IMG/VR virus record: IMGVR_UViG_3300020043_006076
Location: 1 to 44,837 of that record
DNA from: a virus
Taxonomy: Duplodnaviria > Caudoviricetes
Length of the DNA: 44,837 nucleotides
Strand: one strand, 5' to 3'
Shown here: piece by piece, positions 7,330-16,653 of the stretch
How positions within the stretch are numbered: position 1 is the stretch's first letter
Layout: every line of letters starts with the position of its first letter
The notes under the pieces: generated by a model
Seen by the model: the letters and a program-made list of their open reading frames with translations, nothing else
Database searches by the model: none
Told to the model about the DNA's origin: nothing
Translations under genes and position numbers: made by a program

Positions 7330-7508
7330 AGAACCTCTAAATAATCTTTCATTGCTTTCAAGTTTGGGAATTTCTGATTAATCCCTTTGCTTCTCATTCT
7401 TTGCAATTTGTCAGCTAATCGGTTTGCAATTTCTGTTGCCTCTTCTATTTCATCCTCTTTGCATTCTACTTGAAAAGTTAGGTGAGGGATGATTGATCTG
7501 ATTATCAT
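7326..7508 (-). CDS. Hypothetical protein (weakly ZapA-like)
   Basis: TFQVECKEDEIEEATEIANRLADKL; ATGA coupling. Confidence 0.55.
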   Translation of the reverse strand: MIIRSIIPHLTFQVECKEDEIEEATEIANRLADKLQRMRSKGINQKFPNLKAMKDYLEVL

Positions 7509-7687
7509 TTTCTAAACTCCAATAATTCTTTTAAATTCTTAAAATAAGAATCCGCTTTTCTATGCGGGAATAGCTCTACAATGGCTCTTGCTTCGCTCAT
7601 AGCTCTTTCTCTTTCGTTAGTCGACAGATCGTAGATTGTAAATTTGTAAAGCCTGCCTTCGTGTTCAATTGTAAATTCAAATCTCAT
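7505..7687 (-). CDS. Hypothetical protein
   Basis: 60-aa ORF coupled to the downstream gene. Confidence 0.55.
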   Translation of the reverse strand: MRFEFTIEHEGRLYKFTIYDLSTNERERAMSEARAIVELFPHRKADSYFKNLKELLEFRK

Positions 7688-7944
7688 TCTATCCCAAAAC
7701 TTGAATTAATAATCCCGCCCAACTTGTAAATCCCTAAGTCCTTTTTAAAATTTCCACCAACTTCGGAATGAATAGAGGTTGAATATAAACATAAAACCAA
7801 AAGCATTATTTTCATTCTTATTTTTTGTTGTTAATAAATCTGGCAGTAGCCCAAATCTTAAAAGAAGCAAACTGCCTCTCTTTTGCATTTTCTTTTTGCC
7901 ATCTTTCGCTCCACTTCAAGACAATTTGAAGTTCTCTTTTTTCG

Positions 7945-8391
7945 TTACGATTTTTTATCCAATTTAGCATTTTTCCCCTTTGTTAAATTTTTTTGATATT
8001 CTTTTTGATAGGTTTTGTATTTATCGGTTTGTTGGTATCTAATCCTGACTTCTTTTAATCTTTCAGCGTTATTATTCTTATTGTTTAAATATTTTACCCT
8101 CATTTTTCTTGCCTCATCAACTGGGTTTAATTTTAAATTTTGTAATTTCTTTAATTGGTCCTGTTCTTTTTTTCGGCAAGCGGCACAATATAGCGGGAAA
8201 TCTAAGCCATCATCGCTTTCTTTAATTGTCGTGCAATGTGGAGTTAAACATCTCACAATATAACGACTCCTTTTTCTGATTTTTACCTTCTCTTCTGCTA
8301 GAATCATTGACTTAGCCGCCCTATCTCTAAGAGCGTAAAATTCTGGGCTATAAACTTTCTTGGATTGTGTTGGATTTATTGGGTTTGTCAT
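7945..8391 (-). CDS. Hypothetical basic protein with putative Zn finger
   Basis: CLTPHC...CAAC. Confidence 0.65.
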   Translation of the reverse strand: MTNPINPTQSKKVYSPEFYALRDRAAKSMILAEEKVKIRKRSRYIVRCLTPHCTTIKESDDGLDFPLYCAACRKKEQDQLKKLQNLKLNPVDEARKMRVKYLNNKNNNAERLKEVRIRYQQTDKYKTYQKEYQKNLTKGKNAKLDKKS

Positions 8392-8642
8392 TGTTTAAGC
8401 TTAAAAATTAAGTCCAGTTTATTTGGATGGTTGATAAAAAATGGCTTTAAAGATTGGTTATTTTGCCTTAATTTTTTAAGAGCTTTTGCTTCGATTATCC
8501 TTACCTTTTCCCTCGTTACTTTCATTCTCCTTGCTACTTCCTCAAAGCTCATAAAATATTCACTTCCGCCCCAATGATCCGTTTGTTCCCAGAAACTGCG
8601 GGCTTGGCTGGCTATGTCTACAGCGGATTGCTTAGAAATCAT
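8388..8642 (-). CDS. Stand-alone sigma70 region-4 HTH protein
   Basis: MSFEEVARRMKVTREKVRIIEAKALKKLR resembles RpoD region 4.2. Confidence 0.8.
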   Translation of the reverse strand: MISKQSAVDIASQARSFWEQTDHWGGSEYFMSFEEVARRMKVTREKVRIIEAKALKKLRQNNQSLKPFFINHPNKLDLIFKLKQ

Positions 8643-8980
8643 TTTAATAACTCTTCTTTTATTCTTGCTAAGATCTCATCCGCGAAATAAGTAGATTCAT
8701 AACAAAAGCCATCTGTTTGAGAAGCTATTTTTGCTACTTTTACAATTTTTTCCTTGTTTGTTTTTTTATCTTTTTTTAAAGAAGTTAGAGCTGTGCTAAT
8801 CCAGAATATGCGCTCCTCATCATTTTCAACATTGTCAATCCTCCATCTTGCCTCATCAAGTCTTCGTAGATAATCAATATCTGTGTGAATTGTTTTGTTT
8901 ATTAGTAACTCCGCTTCGCAAACATTAAAATCGGCGGCTACGGCTTGTATAAATAGCATTTCCAAAGGTGATTTGTTCAT
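8639..8980 (-). CDS. Hypothetical protein
   Basis: 113-aa ORF with ATGA coupling. Confidence 0.65.
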   Translation of the reverse strand: MNKSPLEMLFIQAVAADFNVCEAELLINKTIHTDIDYLRRLDEARWRIDNVENDEERIFWISTALTSLKKDKKTNKEKIVKVAKIASQTDGFCYESTYFADEILARIKEELLK

Positions 8981-9089
8981 TTTTATATTTTATTTAAAGT
9001 TGATAATTATTTGTTTTTGTTGTCTTCAATTTGCTTTAGTAATTTTTCTAAACTTTGGCTAATATGCTTCATATTTTTATTTTTTAAGT

Positions 9090-10355
9090 TTATAAATCCT
9101 CTGCGAATCTTCCAAATTCACCGTCAAAACAAATTGGAATCTCGCAAGTTCTACCCCTTCTATTCTTTGCAACAATTAATGATCCGCTGTTTAGAAATTG
9201 CCCTTTTTCAACATCTCTGTGAATTAGAATTACAATGTGAGCGTCTTCTTCAATTCCACCCGATCCTTTTAAGTCTTGAATTTTTGGGGCTTCCGCTCCG
9301 TTTCTGTTAATCTGTGCCAGTGCCACAATCGCAACATCATATTGCTTTGCCATTCCTGCCAGTGCTGTTGTGTTTTCTTTGATAATTTGGGCTTCATTCT
9401 TTCCCTTTGTATCATCGCCTCTGATTATTTGTATATAATCAATAAAAACCATATCAACTGGCGTTTTTTCAAGTTGCATCTTGATGATTCTGTTGATCTC
9501 ACCAATTCGCAAAGTTGGGCTGTCATTAATAAAAATTCTCATTTCCTCCAATTCTCTTTCTGCCCTATCTCTTGATATTTGCTCGCTTTGATCTAAATAT
9601 CCATCTTGAAGTTTCGCCGAGCTAATAGAAGTTAAGTTAGAACAAAATTTAAAAATTACTTCTTCTTCCGTCATTTCCATTGAAATAAACAAGCAAGTTT
9701 TGCCAGCTTTTGCATTGCTTAAGATGATATTTTGTGCAATCGTTGTCTTACCTATTCCAGCTCTTCCACCAATAACAACACAATATTTTGACCTGATTCC
9801 GCCGTTTAGAACCTTATCCAATTCTTTAAAACCAGTTGGAATTACTTTTGAAGATAATCCAATCCTCCTGTCATCCTTGATTTGCTTGATGATCTCTTTT
9901 GCCTCCTTCGTTTTCTTTTTTCTGTTATTTGTCATCAACCCAAGCATCTCATTTTCAAGATTTCCAGCAATAAAATCAAAGCTCTTGTCTCCCAGTTCCG
10001 TCATTGATTTTTCGATTAAAGCCCGAAGTTGTCTTTTCTGCCATAATTCTCTTACTTCCCGAGCATAATCTCTAATATCAATCACTCCAGTTGCTCTTGA
10101 TAGCAATGTTGCCAAATAAGAAGCTCCGCCAACTTGTTTTATTACTTCGTTGTTTTGGAAAAAGGTTTTTAAAATTACGCCATCTGTAACCCCTTGCATA
10201 ATGCCTTCCTCTATCCTTTCCCAAATTACCCTATTCGCTGGCTCATAAAAATGATCCGCTTTCATTATATCTGCCAAATCACGATCAAAATACATACTGT
10301 TGATTATAACCGTTCCTAGAATTGCTTGCTCAAGCTCTATGTTGTATAGTTCCAT
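9090..10355 (-). CDS. dnaB: Replicative DNA helicase
   Basis: N-terminal EQAILG; TGFKELD; GRAGIGKT; FIDYIQ; LAQINR; SGGIEEDA; VAKNRRG. Confidence 0.95.
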   Translation of the reverse strand: MELYNIELEQAILGTVIINSMYFDRDLADIMKADHFYEPANRVIWERIEEGIMQGVTDGVILKTFFQNNEVIKQVGGASYLATLLSRATGVIDIRDYAREVRELWQKRQLRALIEKSMTELGDKSFDFIAGNLENEMLGLMTNNRKKKTKEAKEIIKQIKDDRRIGLSSKVIPTGFKELDKVLNGGIRSKYCVVIGGRAGIGKTTIAQNIILSNAKAGKTCLFISMEMTEEEVIFKFCSNLTSISSAKLQDGYLDQSEQISRDRAERELEEMRIFINDSPTLRIGEINRIIKMQLEKTPVDMVFIDYIQIIRGDDTKGKNEAQIIKENTTALAGMAKQYDVAIVALAQINRNGAEAPKIQDLKGSGGIEEDAHIVILIHRDVEKGQFLNSGSLIVAKNRRGRTCEIPICFDGEFGRFAEDL

Positions 10356-11194
10356 TAGTCGATGTATTTTTGTTTGATTTCAGTTGTTTTGAGTTCTTGA
10401 TTTAATTTTTGCGCAATTTTCTTTTTAATCTCATCGCTTAATCCTTTCATTTTCTGCCAATTTGTTTGCGTGATTGACAAGATCGCTCTTTCTTCCACTG
10501 CTTCAATTTTTATGATCCAATCCTCACCAATTATTTGGTTTATTTCTTTGCAAATGTCTCGGTTTGTTTCTGTTGAATATTCATCATTCCAACTTTCAGC
10601 ATTCAGCCAAGTTGCTGGATGTTTCCAGTATTTGCTTTCAGTGCCTTTGTTTGAATTGTATTTCTTAACTCCCTGAAGGAGTTGTTGATGAGTTGTTTTT
10701 TTGATGCAGATTTTATAAGCAGCCAACGCTTTTGGTTTTCCTTTTTTGTAATTGTAAAGATTCCAAAATTCTTCAAATTGAGATTCTAATTTACATTCTA
10801 CATTAACATTTACATTGCCTTCGGTTTTGCTTTCCTTTTGCTTCGGTTTTGCTTCGGTTTTGCTTTCCTCTTGCTCTTTCTGCCATCTTGCATTCGCCGC
10901 CTCTTTTCGTCTGTCTGATTTTTCTTTTATTCCTTTTATTTGTGAAAGCCAAGAGTTATTTATCAAACAACCTTCCTTAAATTCAAATAACTTTCTAGCC
11001 AGTTGTATTAGTTTTTCTTTATCTCCAAAGAATCTGCATCTTTGCACCAAATTATTTTCTGTCAATTCGCCAAAATTCTTAAAATAAGCCGCTTTTAAAA
11101 TGAAATACATTCCAATCTCTTCGATTGTCAATTCATCTTGCAAATCCAAAATGTCATTTGATTTTTCTTGGAAATAATAAATTTTATCTTTCAT
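10355..11194 (-). CDS. Phage replication initiator (YdaU/DUF1376-like N-terminus)
   Basis: LTIEEIGMYFIL; AANARW; FEEFWNLY..KKGK; KHPATWLN; directly upstream of dnaB; start moved to MKDKIY. Confidence 0.8.
   Translation of the reverse strand: MKDKIYYFQEKSNDILDLQDELTIEEIGMYFILKAAYFKNFGELTENNLVQRCRFFGDKEKLIQLARKLFEFKEGCLINNSWLSQIKGIKEKSDRRKEAANARWQKEQEESKTEAKPKQKESKTEGNVNVNVECKLESQFEEFWNLYNYKKGKPKALAAYKICIKKTTHQQLLQGVKKYNSNKGTESKYWKHPATWLNAESWNDEYSTETNRDICKEINQIIGEDWIIKIEAVEERAILSITQTNWQKMKGLSDEIKKKIAQKLNQELKTTEIKQKYID
10819..10863. repeat. Iteron-like repeats inside the initiator gene
   Basis: cttcggttttg three times (10819, 10841, 10852). Confidence 0.55.
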
Positions 11195-11311
11195 TGTTAT
11201 TTTTATTAAACTTAAAAAAGATAAAACAATAAACAATAAAACAATAAACATTGTTTAGCATATGCAAAACAGTATGCAAAAGGATATGCAATTGCATATA
11301 GAGTATTGATT

Positions 11312-11518
11312 TTATTGATTAGAATTTTTATCATTTTTTATTAAATTAAATTTTGATTTTGGTTTTCTATTGCCACGACCTTTTTTAGGAATTTTAAAAA
11401 AATTCAAATAGCTGACCAAAGTCATATTTGTAATTCCCAATTCTTTGCAAATTTCCTTATTTTCTTTTGATGAATAAAGATTTTCTAGTTGTGTTTTTGT
11501 TAGGCTCTTTAACTTCAT
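11312..11518 (-). CDS. Small HTH protein
   Basis: NKEICKELGITNMTLVSYL. Confidence 0.7.
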   Translation of the reverse strand: MKLKSLTKTQLENLYSSKENKEICKELGITNMTLVSYLNFFKIPKKGRGNRKPKSKFNLIKNDKNSNQ

Positions 11519-11617
11519 AGAAATAATTATAATGATAATGATTTATTAAACAATAGACAATTTCAATTATTATTTGAAAAAGTTATTTTTTTTATTTGTT
11601 GGATTGTTAAACATTGT

Positions 11618-11724
11618 CCGCACTTGATTTTGGCGGGATACAGCGTGCGGGCTATATCCCATAAAAAGAATTGAAGACTTTCCGCACCAGTCTTTAAGAG
11701 AACCCCGTCAATCTGGCGGGGGTA
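11618..11724. other. Cluster of three GC-rich hairpins, two with complementary loops
   Basis: Stems at 11635-11660, 11672-11696 and 11703-11721. Confidence 0.5.
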
Positions 11725-11868
11725 GTATTTTAGTGTTTTATCACCAAACAGTAATAAATTAACAGTAGTTTTATTTACCTTTTTACTTTTGTCGAAGTAT
11801 TAAAAAGTAGATAATAAGCTAATTAATATTGCAAGTAATTTATCACCTGCAAGACCAAACTTTTTTAA

Positions 11869-12252
11869 TTAGTTTGTTGGGTGATTATAAGCTTCTAAAA
11901 CTGGTTCTAAAATATCAAGATCATCAAGTTCTCCTAAAATAGCCATAATTTCATTTTTAAGCGCCTCTAGTTTGCCTATCTTAATAAAAATGACATTACC
12001 CCCTGCCGTGTAATTTCTCCGCTTCTGATTGATGTTTTTAGCTACTTTCTCGATTTTCTCTCTTTGAGTAGCCAAATAATCCAGAATAATTCTTTCAAGC
12101 GCTTCGCTTGCGTGATTGTTTTCTGTATATTTAGCCAGCTCCTCTCTCGTTTCAATTTTGGAATCGGTAAAGATATTGACAGAATTTTTGAAGTGCTCAA
12201 AGGCTGATTGGCTTTCGATTAATTTTTTAAATGCTTTTATTTCGTTTTTCAT
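11869..12252 (-). CDS. Hypothetical protein
   Basis: 127-aa ORF. Confidence 0.7.
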   Translation of the reverse strand: MKNEIKAFKKLIESQSAFEHFKNSVNIFTDSKIETREELAKYTENNHASEALERIILDYLATQREKIEKVAKNINQKRRNYTAGGNVIFIKIGKLEALKNEIMAILGELDDLDILEPVLEAYNHPTN

Positions 12253-12299
12253 AAATTGTAAAAGTTCTAGTTAATAAAAAAATTGATTATCTATAATTG

Positions 12300-12533
12300 T
12301 TAAGCTGTTGCGGCATAAGCAGAGCATTTAGGGCTCCACATTGCAACAAATTGACAAGCGTCCCTTTCGCTCCATTTAAATTTATTGATCAAAACATATC
12401 TGACATTTGATAGCCAAACAGCCGTTCTAACCTCCATAGCTGTTTGAGATACTTTTTTAAGTTTTGCTATCAAAGCCTCTTCACTTTTATAACTTATTGG
12501 GTTTCCAAGAGTAATTCTTTTTGCGTTTTTCAT
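12300..12533 (-). CDS. Hypothetical protein
   Basis: ORF with AAAAACT-ATG leader. Confidence 0.7.
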   Translation of the reverse strand: MKNAKRITLGNPISYKSEEALIAKLKKVSQTAMEVRTAVWLSNVRYVLINKFKWSERDACQFVAMWSPKCSAYAATA

Positions 12534-12558
12534 AGTTTTTAAGTTTTTTATTGAGTTT

Positions 12559-12771
12559 TTAGTTAAGAATTTTTAGACGATGGCAGTAGTGCGGGTTGGT
12601 GATTTTCTCTTTGTCAAGAGCGCATTCACCTGCAATTACAATTTTTCCCTTGTATTCATAATAGCCCAAAAAATGGGTCTTAGTTTCGCCAGTGACTACC
12701 ATCACCATTTTATTGGCTTCAATCCTTGTGCCTGTGGTAATTTTTGATGTTTGCAAATTTTGTGTTTTCAT
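12559..12771 (-). CDS. Hypothetical protein
   Basis: ORF with AAAAACT-ATG leader. Confidence 0.7.
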   Translation of the reverse strand: MKTQNLQTSKITTGTRIEANKMVMVVTGETKTHFLGYYEYKGKIVIAGECALDKEKITNPHYCHRLKILN

Positions 12772-12825
12772 AGTTTTTATTTATTAAGTTTTTGCCCCAA
12801 ACGAATTGTCTGGGGCTTTGTTTTT

Positions 12826-13203
12826 TTATTGGGCGATTGCTTCAACTTGTGAAGAGGAAAAAAGATGGCAGGTGAAGAATCTTTCTTCTTTCGCTTCAAA
12901 ATTTCCGCCGTTTGCTGTTTCAACTTTTTTAGTGGTGACGCGCGGGGCAGAGAAAAACACAAAACCTTTTTCTCCTTTTTTTACAACGAAGCCTTCCGCT
13001 TTCCAAGCTTTAAAAGTTTTTAGTTCTGAGTTTTCTAAATTATAAATTTTTTTGATGAAGTGATTGAGCGGCGGAACAAAGCCATCAATTGATTCTCTTT
13101 TCGCCTCCTCTTGCATTAATCTTGCTCTTCCAGCAATTGCGCCCAAGTTGCTCCATTTTTGTTTTTGTGCCAATTCTTTTAGTTCTTGTTTTGAAGTTTT
13201 CAT
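12826..13203 (-). CDS. ArdC N-terminal-like ssDNA-binding protein
   Basis: TFKAWKAEGFVVKKGEKG...HLFSSSQVE. Confidence 0.75.
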   Translation of the reverse strand: MKTSKQELKELAQKQKWSNLGAIAGRARLMQEEAKRESIDGFVPPLNHFIKKIYNLENSELKTFKAWKAEGFVVKKGEKGFVFFSAPRVTTKKVETANGGNFEAKEERFFTCHLFSSSQVEAIAQ

Positions 13204-13249
13204 AATTTTTTTATTTTAAGTTTTTAAAGATCACCGAAGTGATGGGAGA

Positions 13250-13462
13250 ATATTAATAGAGATAAAAATTAATGTCAACATAAATCTTTGCAAAAAATAA
13301 AGATTTATTTTTAAGCTCTGAAGCCTTTAAATACAAGGCTCCAAACATTTTTAATTCAATTAATAGAGCTATTATCTTTGCATTATACAAAGAAGTCAAT
13401 AGAAAAGATTAATTATTTTTTATTGTAATATTTATTGACATTAAACAAATTTACTCTATCAT
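13250..13462. promoter_or_regulatory. Main divergent promoter region
   Basis: - strand TTGACA(13278)-17-TAATAT; + strand TTGACA(13435)-16-TATCAT; coding strand switches here. Confidence 0.6.
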
Positions 13463-13519
13463 TGCAAAATTCAAATAGAAGCCCGCATTATTGGGCATTT
13501 TAATTATTTAATACAAAGA

Positions 13520-13756
13520 ATGGATCATAAAGAATTCGCCGCTTTCTTAGCAAAATTAAAAGAGCTAAAAATTAGCAATAAAAGATTTGCAGATTTTGTC
13601 GGTTATAATGCCTCGTCTATTTCTTGCTATGCGAGCGGGAAGAAGAAATTGCCGAAAATTCTTGGGCTCGTGATTGATTCTTTGAGGCTAAAGGAATCAA
13701 TGGGAATTGATTTAAAGAATGTTATACATATGGGTTTGGGGCATAATGGTAAATAA
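13520..13756 (+). CDS. XRE/Cro-like HTH regulator
   Basis: ISNKRFADFVGYNASSISCYASG. Confidence 0.75.
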   Translation: MDHKEFAAFLAKLKELKISNKRFADFVGYNASSISCYASGKKKLPKILGLVIDSLRLKESMGIDLKNVIHMGLGHNGK

Positions 13757-13985
13757 ACATTGTGATTCAGTTAGCATAGATGTAGCTTATAACTTAATGG
13801 AAAGATTGGGAATTAAGCAGAAGGGAGAATTTGCAAGGCTTTGCGGCGTGGAGCATACTACATTTAATAGATGGGAAAGAAAAGGAGTTATGCCACAATA
13901 TCAGTTGAGTGCATTGAGAGAAGAATTATGCAAGAAATTCAAAAGAGAATATGACGAAAAGTTGAATTTAATTTATGAAGAATAA
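13746..13985 (+). CDS. XRE-like HTH regulator
   Basis: QKGEFARLCGVEHTTFNRWERKG; ATG at 13746. Confidence 0.75.
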   Translation: MVNKHCDSVSIDVAYNLMERLGIKQKGEFARLCGVEHTTFNRWERKGVMPQYQLSALREELCKKFKREYDEKLNLIYEE

Positions 13986-14331
13986 AAAAGAAATTATTGA
14001 AAAAATTGCTAAAAATGTAAACGCTGTTTTATTCGAGCAAAGTTTTACAAATTACGCGAAAAATCATTATTCTCAAATTGAGAATGGCTCAACTAAAATC
14101 GCAAAAGTTTTAGAAAAAACTTATAATCTCGCACTCAATGCAGAATCAGAACAAATCCAATTAGCCGCAATAAAAGAAATAAGGGAATCAGTTACCGATA
14201 AAGATGTGAAACAAGAAAACACACAAGTAAATATATATCAGAACATTTCAGACCAGATCAATGAGAATGTTGCTCGATTAATTGATGTGAGCAATAAGAA
14301 CACTAAATCAACAATTGAAAAGATTATATAA
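13975..14331 (+). CDS. Hypothetical protein, possible terminase small subunit
   Basis: Position upstream of terL; helical LAL.AESEQIQLAAIKEI segment. Confidence 0.45.
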   Translation: MKNKKEIIEKIAKNVNAVLFEQSFTNYAKNHYSQIENGSTKIAKVLEKTYNLALNAESEQIQLAAIKEIRESVTDKDVKQENTQVNIYQNISDQINENVARLIDVSNKNTKSTIEKII

Positions 14332-14505
14332 ATGAAAAGGAGAGCAGAACAAGGTTTGGATGGTTAAACCTAAATGTAGCATCCCAGCTACATACGCGAG
14401 ATTGTCAAGTCCTTTTTTTTACTTGTCAAGCACTAAATGCAATAAAATCAAGATAATTATTTTTGATAGTTATTATCAAAAGTCATATTATGTAAAATAA
14501 GGAAC

Positions 14506-14721
14506 ATGCAAACACACAAAATCCAAGCGCAAGACAATGAACATTTTAGCATTACATACAATAAAGAGTTGGATTGTTTTGATATGGTAATGAAAAAAGC
14601 TGAATATAAAACTTCCAGCGAATTATTGGGAATCCTTTCCTTTGTCCACCAAATAGGCGTTAATTGTGAAGGTGAACTAAGAATTGGCGCACAGATTGAA
14701 AGCCCTATAATTAAGAAGTGA
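14506..14721 (+). CDS. Hypothetical protein
   Basis: AAGGAA ribosome-binding site; coupled to terL. Confidence 0.65.
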   Translation: MQTHKIQAQDNEHFSITYNKELDCFDMVMKKAEYKTSSELLGILSFVHQIGVNCEGELRIGAQIESPIIKK

Positions 14722-16304
14722 TGATTATAACACCCTCACCGCTCAAGCATTACAAGACCCTGCAAGAATATTTTGACTTTGCCGAGCGTTTAAAGAATTT
14801 TGAAGACTTACAAGAAAAGACCAAACTCAATCGCTTACTTTGCCGCACTGATTTATTCTGGCTGTTATGGTTTGGATGCAAGCGTTCGGATGTTGCTCAC
14901 CAATGGCTCTTAGAAAGATGTAAAGAAGTAGAAGCTAAGCCTAACGATCATTTGGATTTATGGAGCCGTAACCATTACAAATCAACCATCATTACTTTTG
15001 GCAAATCTTTGCAAGATATACTGGCTTCCCACGGAGATAATCCGTTGCCGGAATGGGACAGAGAAGTAACAATCGGGATATTCTCAGCAACTCGCCCACT
15101 TGCTAAAGGCTTCTTAAGACAAATCAAGCAAGAATTAGAATCAAACGCACTGCTCAAATCTTTATTTCCCGACATTCTCTACGATAAACCATCTAGCCAA
15201 TCTACTAAATGGTCAGAAGATGAAGGAATAATTGTGAAGCGCAAATCAAACCCAAAAGAAGCAACAGTTGAAGCTTGGGGATTAATTGACGGGATGCCAG
15301 TGGGAAAGCACTTTTTTTTGATGGTCTATGATGATGTTGTAACAGATACAAACGTAACAACACCCGAGATGATATTTAAAACGACCGAAAAATGGGAGCT
15401 TTCAAGCAACTTAGGAACAGCAGGAGGATTAATTAGATACATTGGCACTCGTTATCACTTCAACGATACTTACCAGACAATGCTCAATAAGAACATTGCA
15501 ACGCCTCGTATTTATCCCTGCACTGATGACGGGACAGCGGATGGGAAGCCAGTATTAATGAGCGCTGAAGATTTAGAAAAGAAAAGAAAATTAATGGGGG
15601 AATACATTTTCTCCTGCCAATTACTCCTTAATCCTACAGCCTCAAGCCTTCAAAACTTTAAAGAATCTTGGCTTAAATATTATGGAGGTTGGGCTAAACA
15701 TTATACTGGAAACATTTATATAATTGTTGATCCTGCTAATAGTAAAAAGAAGACCTCAGACTATACAGTAATGTTTGTAGTGGCGGCTTGTGATGATCAA
15801 AATTACTACATTGTAGATATGATTAGAGATAGATTAAATCTAAAAGAACGCACTGAAACCCTTTTTGCCTTAGTTAAACAATACAAGAATAAAGGGTTGA
15901 TCCGTGTTGGCTATGAACAATATGGAATGCAAGCTGATATTGAACACATAAGAGAAAAACAAGACGAGCTGAACTATCATTTCACAATCAAGGAATTAGG
16001 TGGGAGGATGGCTAAGACTGATAGGATAGGAAAACTTGTGCCAGATTTTGAAGCTGGCAAGATTTACATCCCTCGCCAGATAATGAAGAAGAATTATGAA
16101 GGTAGGATGCAGAATTTAGTTGATATTTTTATTAAAGAAGAGTATTTAACATTCCCTACTCCTCAACACGATGATATGTTAGATGCTTTGGCACGAATTA
16201 AAGATGATGAACTTAGCGTGTCTTTTCCTCTTCCTATCTCTGATGATTACGAAGAGTTTGACGCTCTCGATAATCAAACACGCAATGCAACAACAGGATA
16301 TTAA
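14718..16304 (+). CDS. terL: Terminase large subunit
   Basis: SRNHYKST Walker A variant; YDDVV; IGTRYH; VDPA; HDDMLDA. Confidence 0.92.
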   Translation: MMIITPSPLKHYKTLQEYFDFAERLKNFEDLQEKTKLNRLLCRTDLFWLLWFGCKRSDVAHQWLLERCKEVEAKPNDHLDLWSRNHYKSTIITFGKSLQDILASHGDNPLPEWDREVTIGIFSATRPLAKGFLRQIKQELESNALLKSLFPDILYDKPSSQSTKWSEDEGIIVKRKSNPKEATVEAWGLIDGMPVGKHFFLMVYDDVVTDTNVTTPEMIFKTTEKWELSSNLGTAGGLIRYIGTRYHFNDTYQTMLNKNIATPRIYPCTDDGTADGKPVLMSAEDLEKKRKLMGEYIFSCQLLLNPTASSLQNFKESWLKYYGGWAKHYTGNIYIIVDPANSKKKTSDYTVMFVVAACDDQNYYIVDMIRDRLNLKERTETLFALVKQYKNKGLIRVGYEQYGMQADIEHIREKQDELNYHFTIKELGGRMAKTDRIGKLVPDFEAGKIYIPRQIMKKNYEGRMQNLVDIFIKEEYLTFPTPQHDDMLDALARIKDDELSVSFPLPISDDYEEFDALDNQTRNATTGY

Positions 16305-16651
16305 TGAGACCAATAAAAATAGATCAATTCCATTATTTAGATAGTAATTATCAAGTGGGTGATAAGATTTACGAAGTTCAAGACTTAATAAAAGCCGCTG
16401 AAGATTTAGAAGAATTTGATTTGCCACTTGCTGGCGTTAATATGAACCACGCAATTTGCCAATCAACTTTAACAAGCTTTCTTTATCATTTGAAGAGAGT
16501 TGAAAATGCAGATTTAAAATATCCAGTAATTATTGATTCTACAGGCTACATTTGTGATGGTTGGCATCGTGTAGCTAAAGCGATCTTAGATGGAAGAACT
16601 ACAATCAAGGCAAAAAGATTAGAAGTTATGCCAGAACCCTTTAAATCATAA
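16304..16651 (+). CDS. ParB/Srx-like domain protein
   Basis: ADLKYPVII...CDGWHRVAKA. Confidence 0.75.
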   Translation: MRPIKIDQFHYLDSNYQVGDKIYEVQDLIKAAEDLEEFDLPLAGVNMNHAICQSTLTSFLYHLKRVENADLKYPVIIDSTGYICDGWHRVAKAILDGRTTIKAKRLEVMPEPFKS

Positions 16652-16653
16652 AT

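Noticed and set aside
2009-11087. + strand ORFs such as 2009-2191, 5368-5706, 9700-10068 and 10815-11087
   Set aside because: Antisense shadows of well-supported - strand genes (7075-7329 is the exception)
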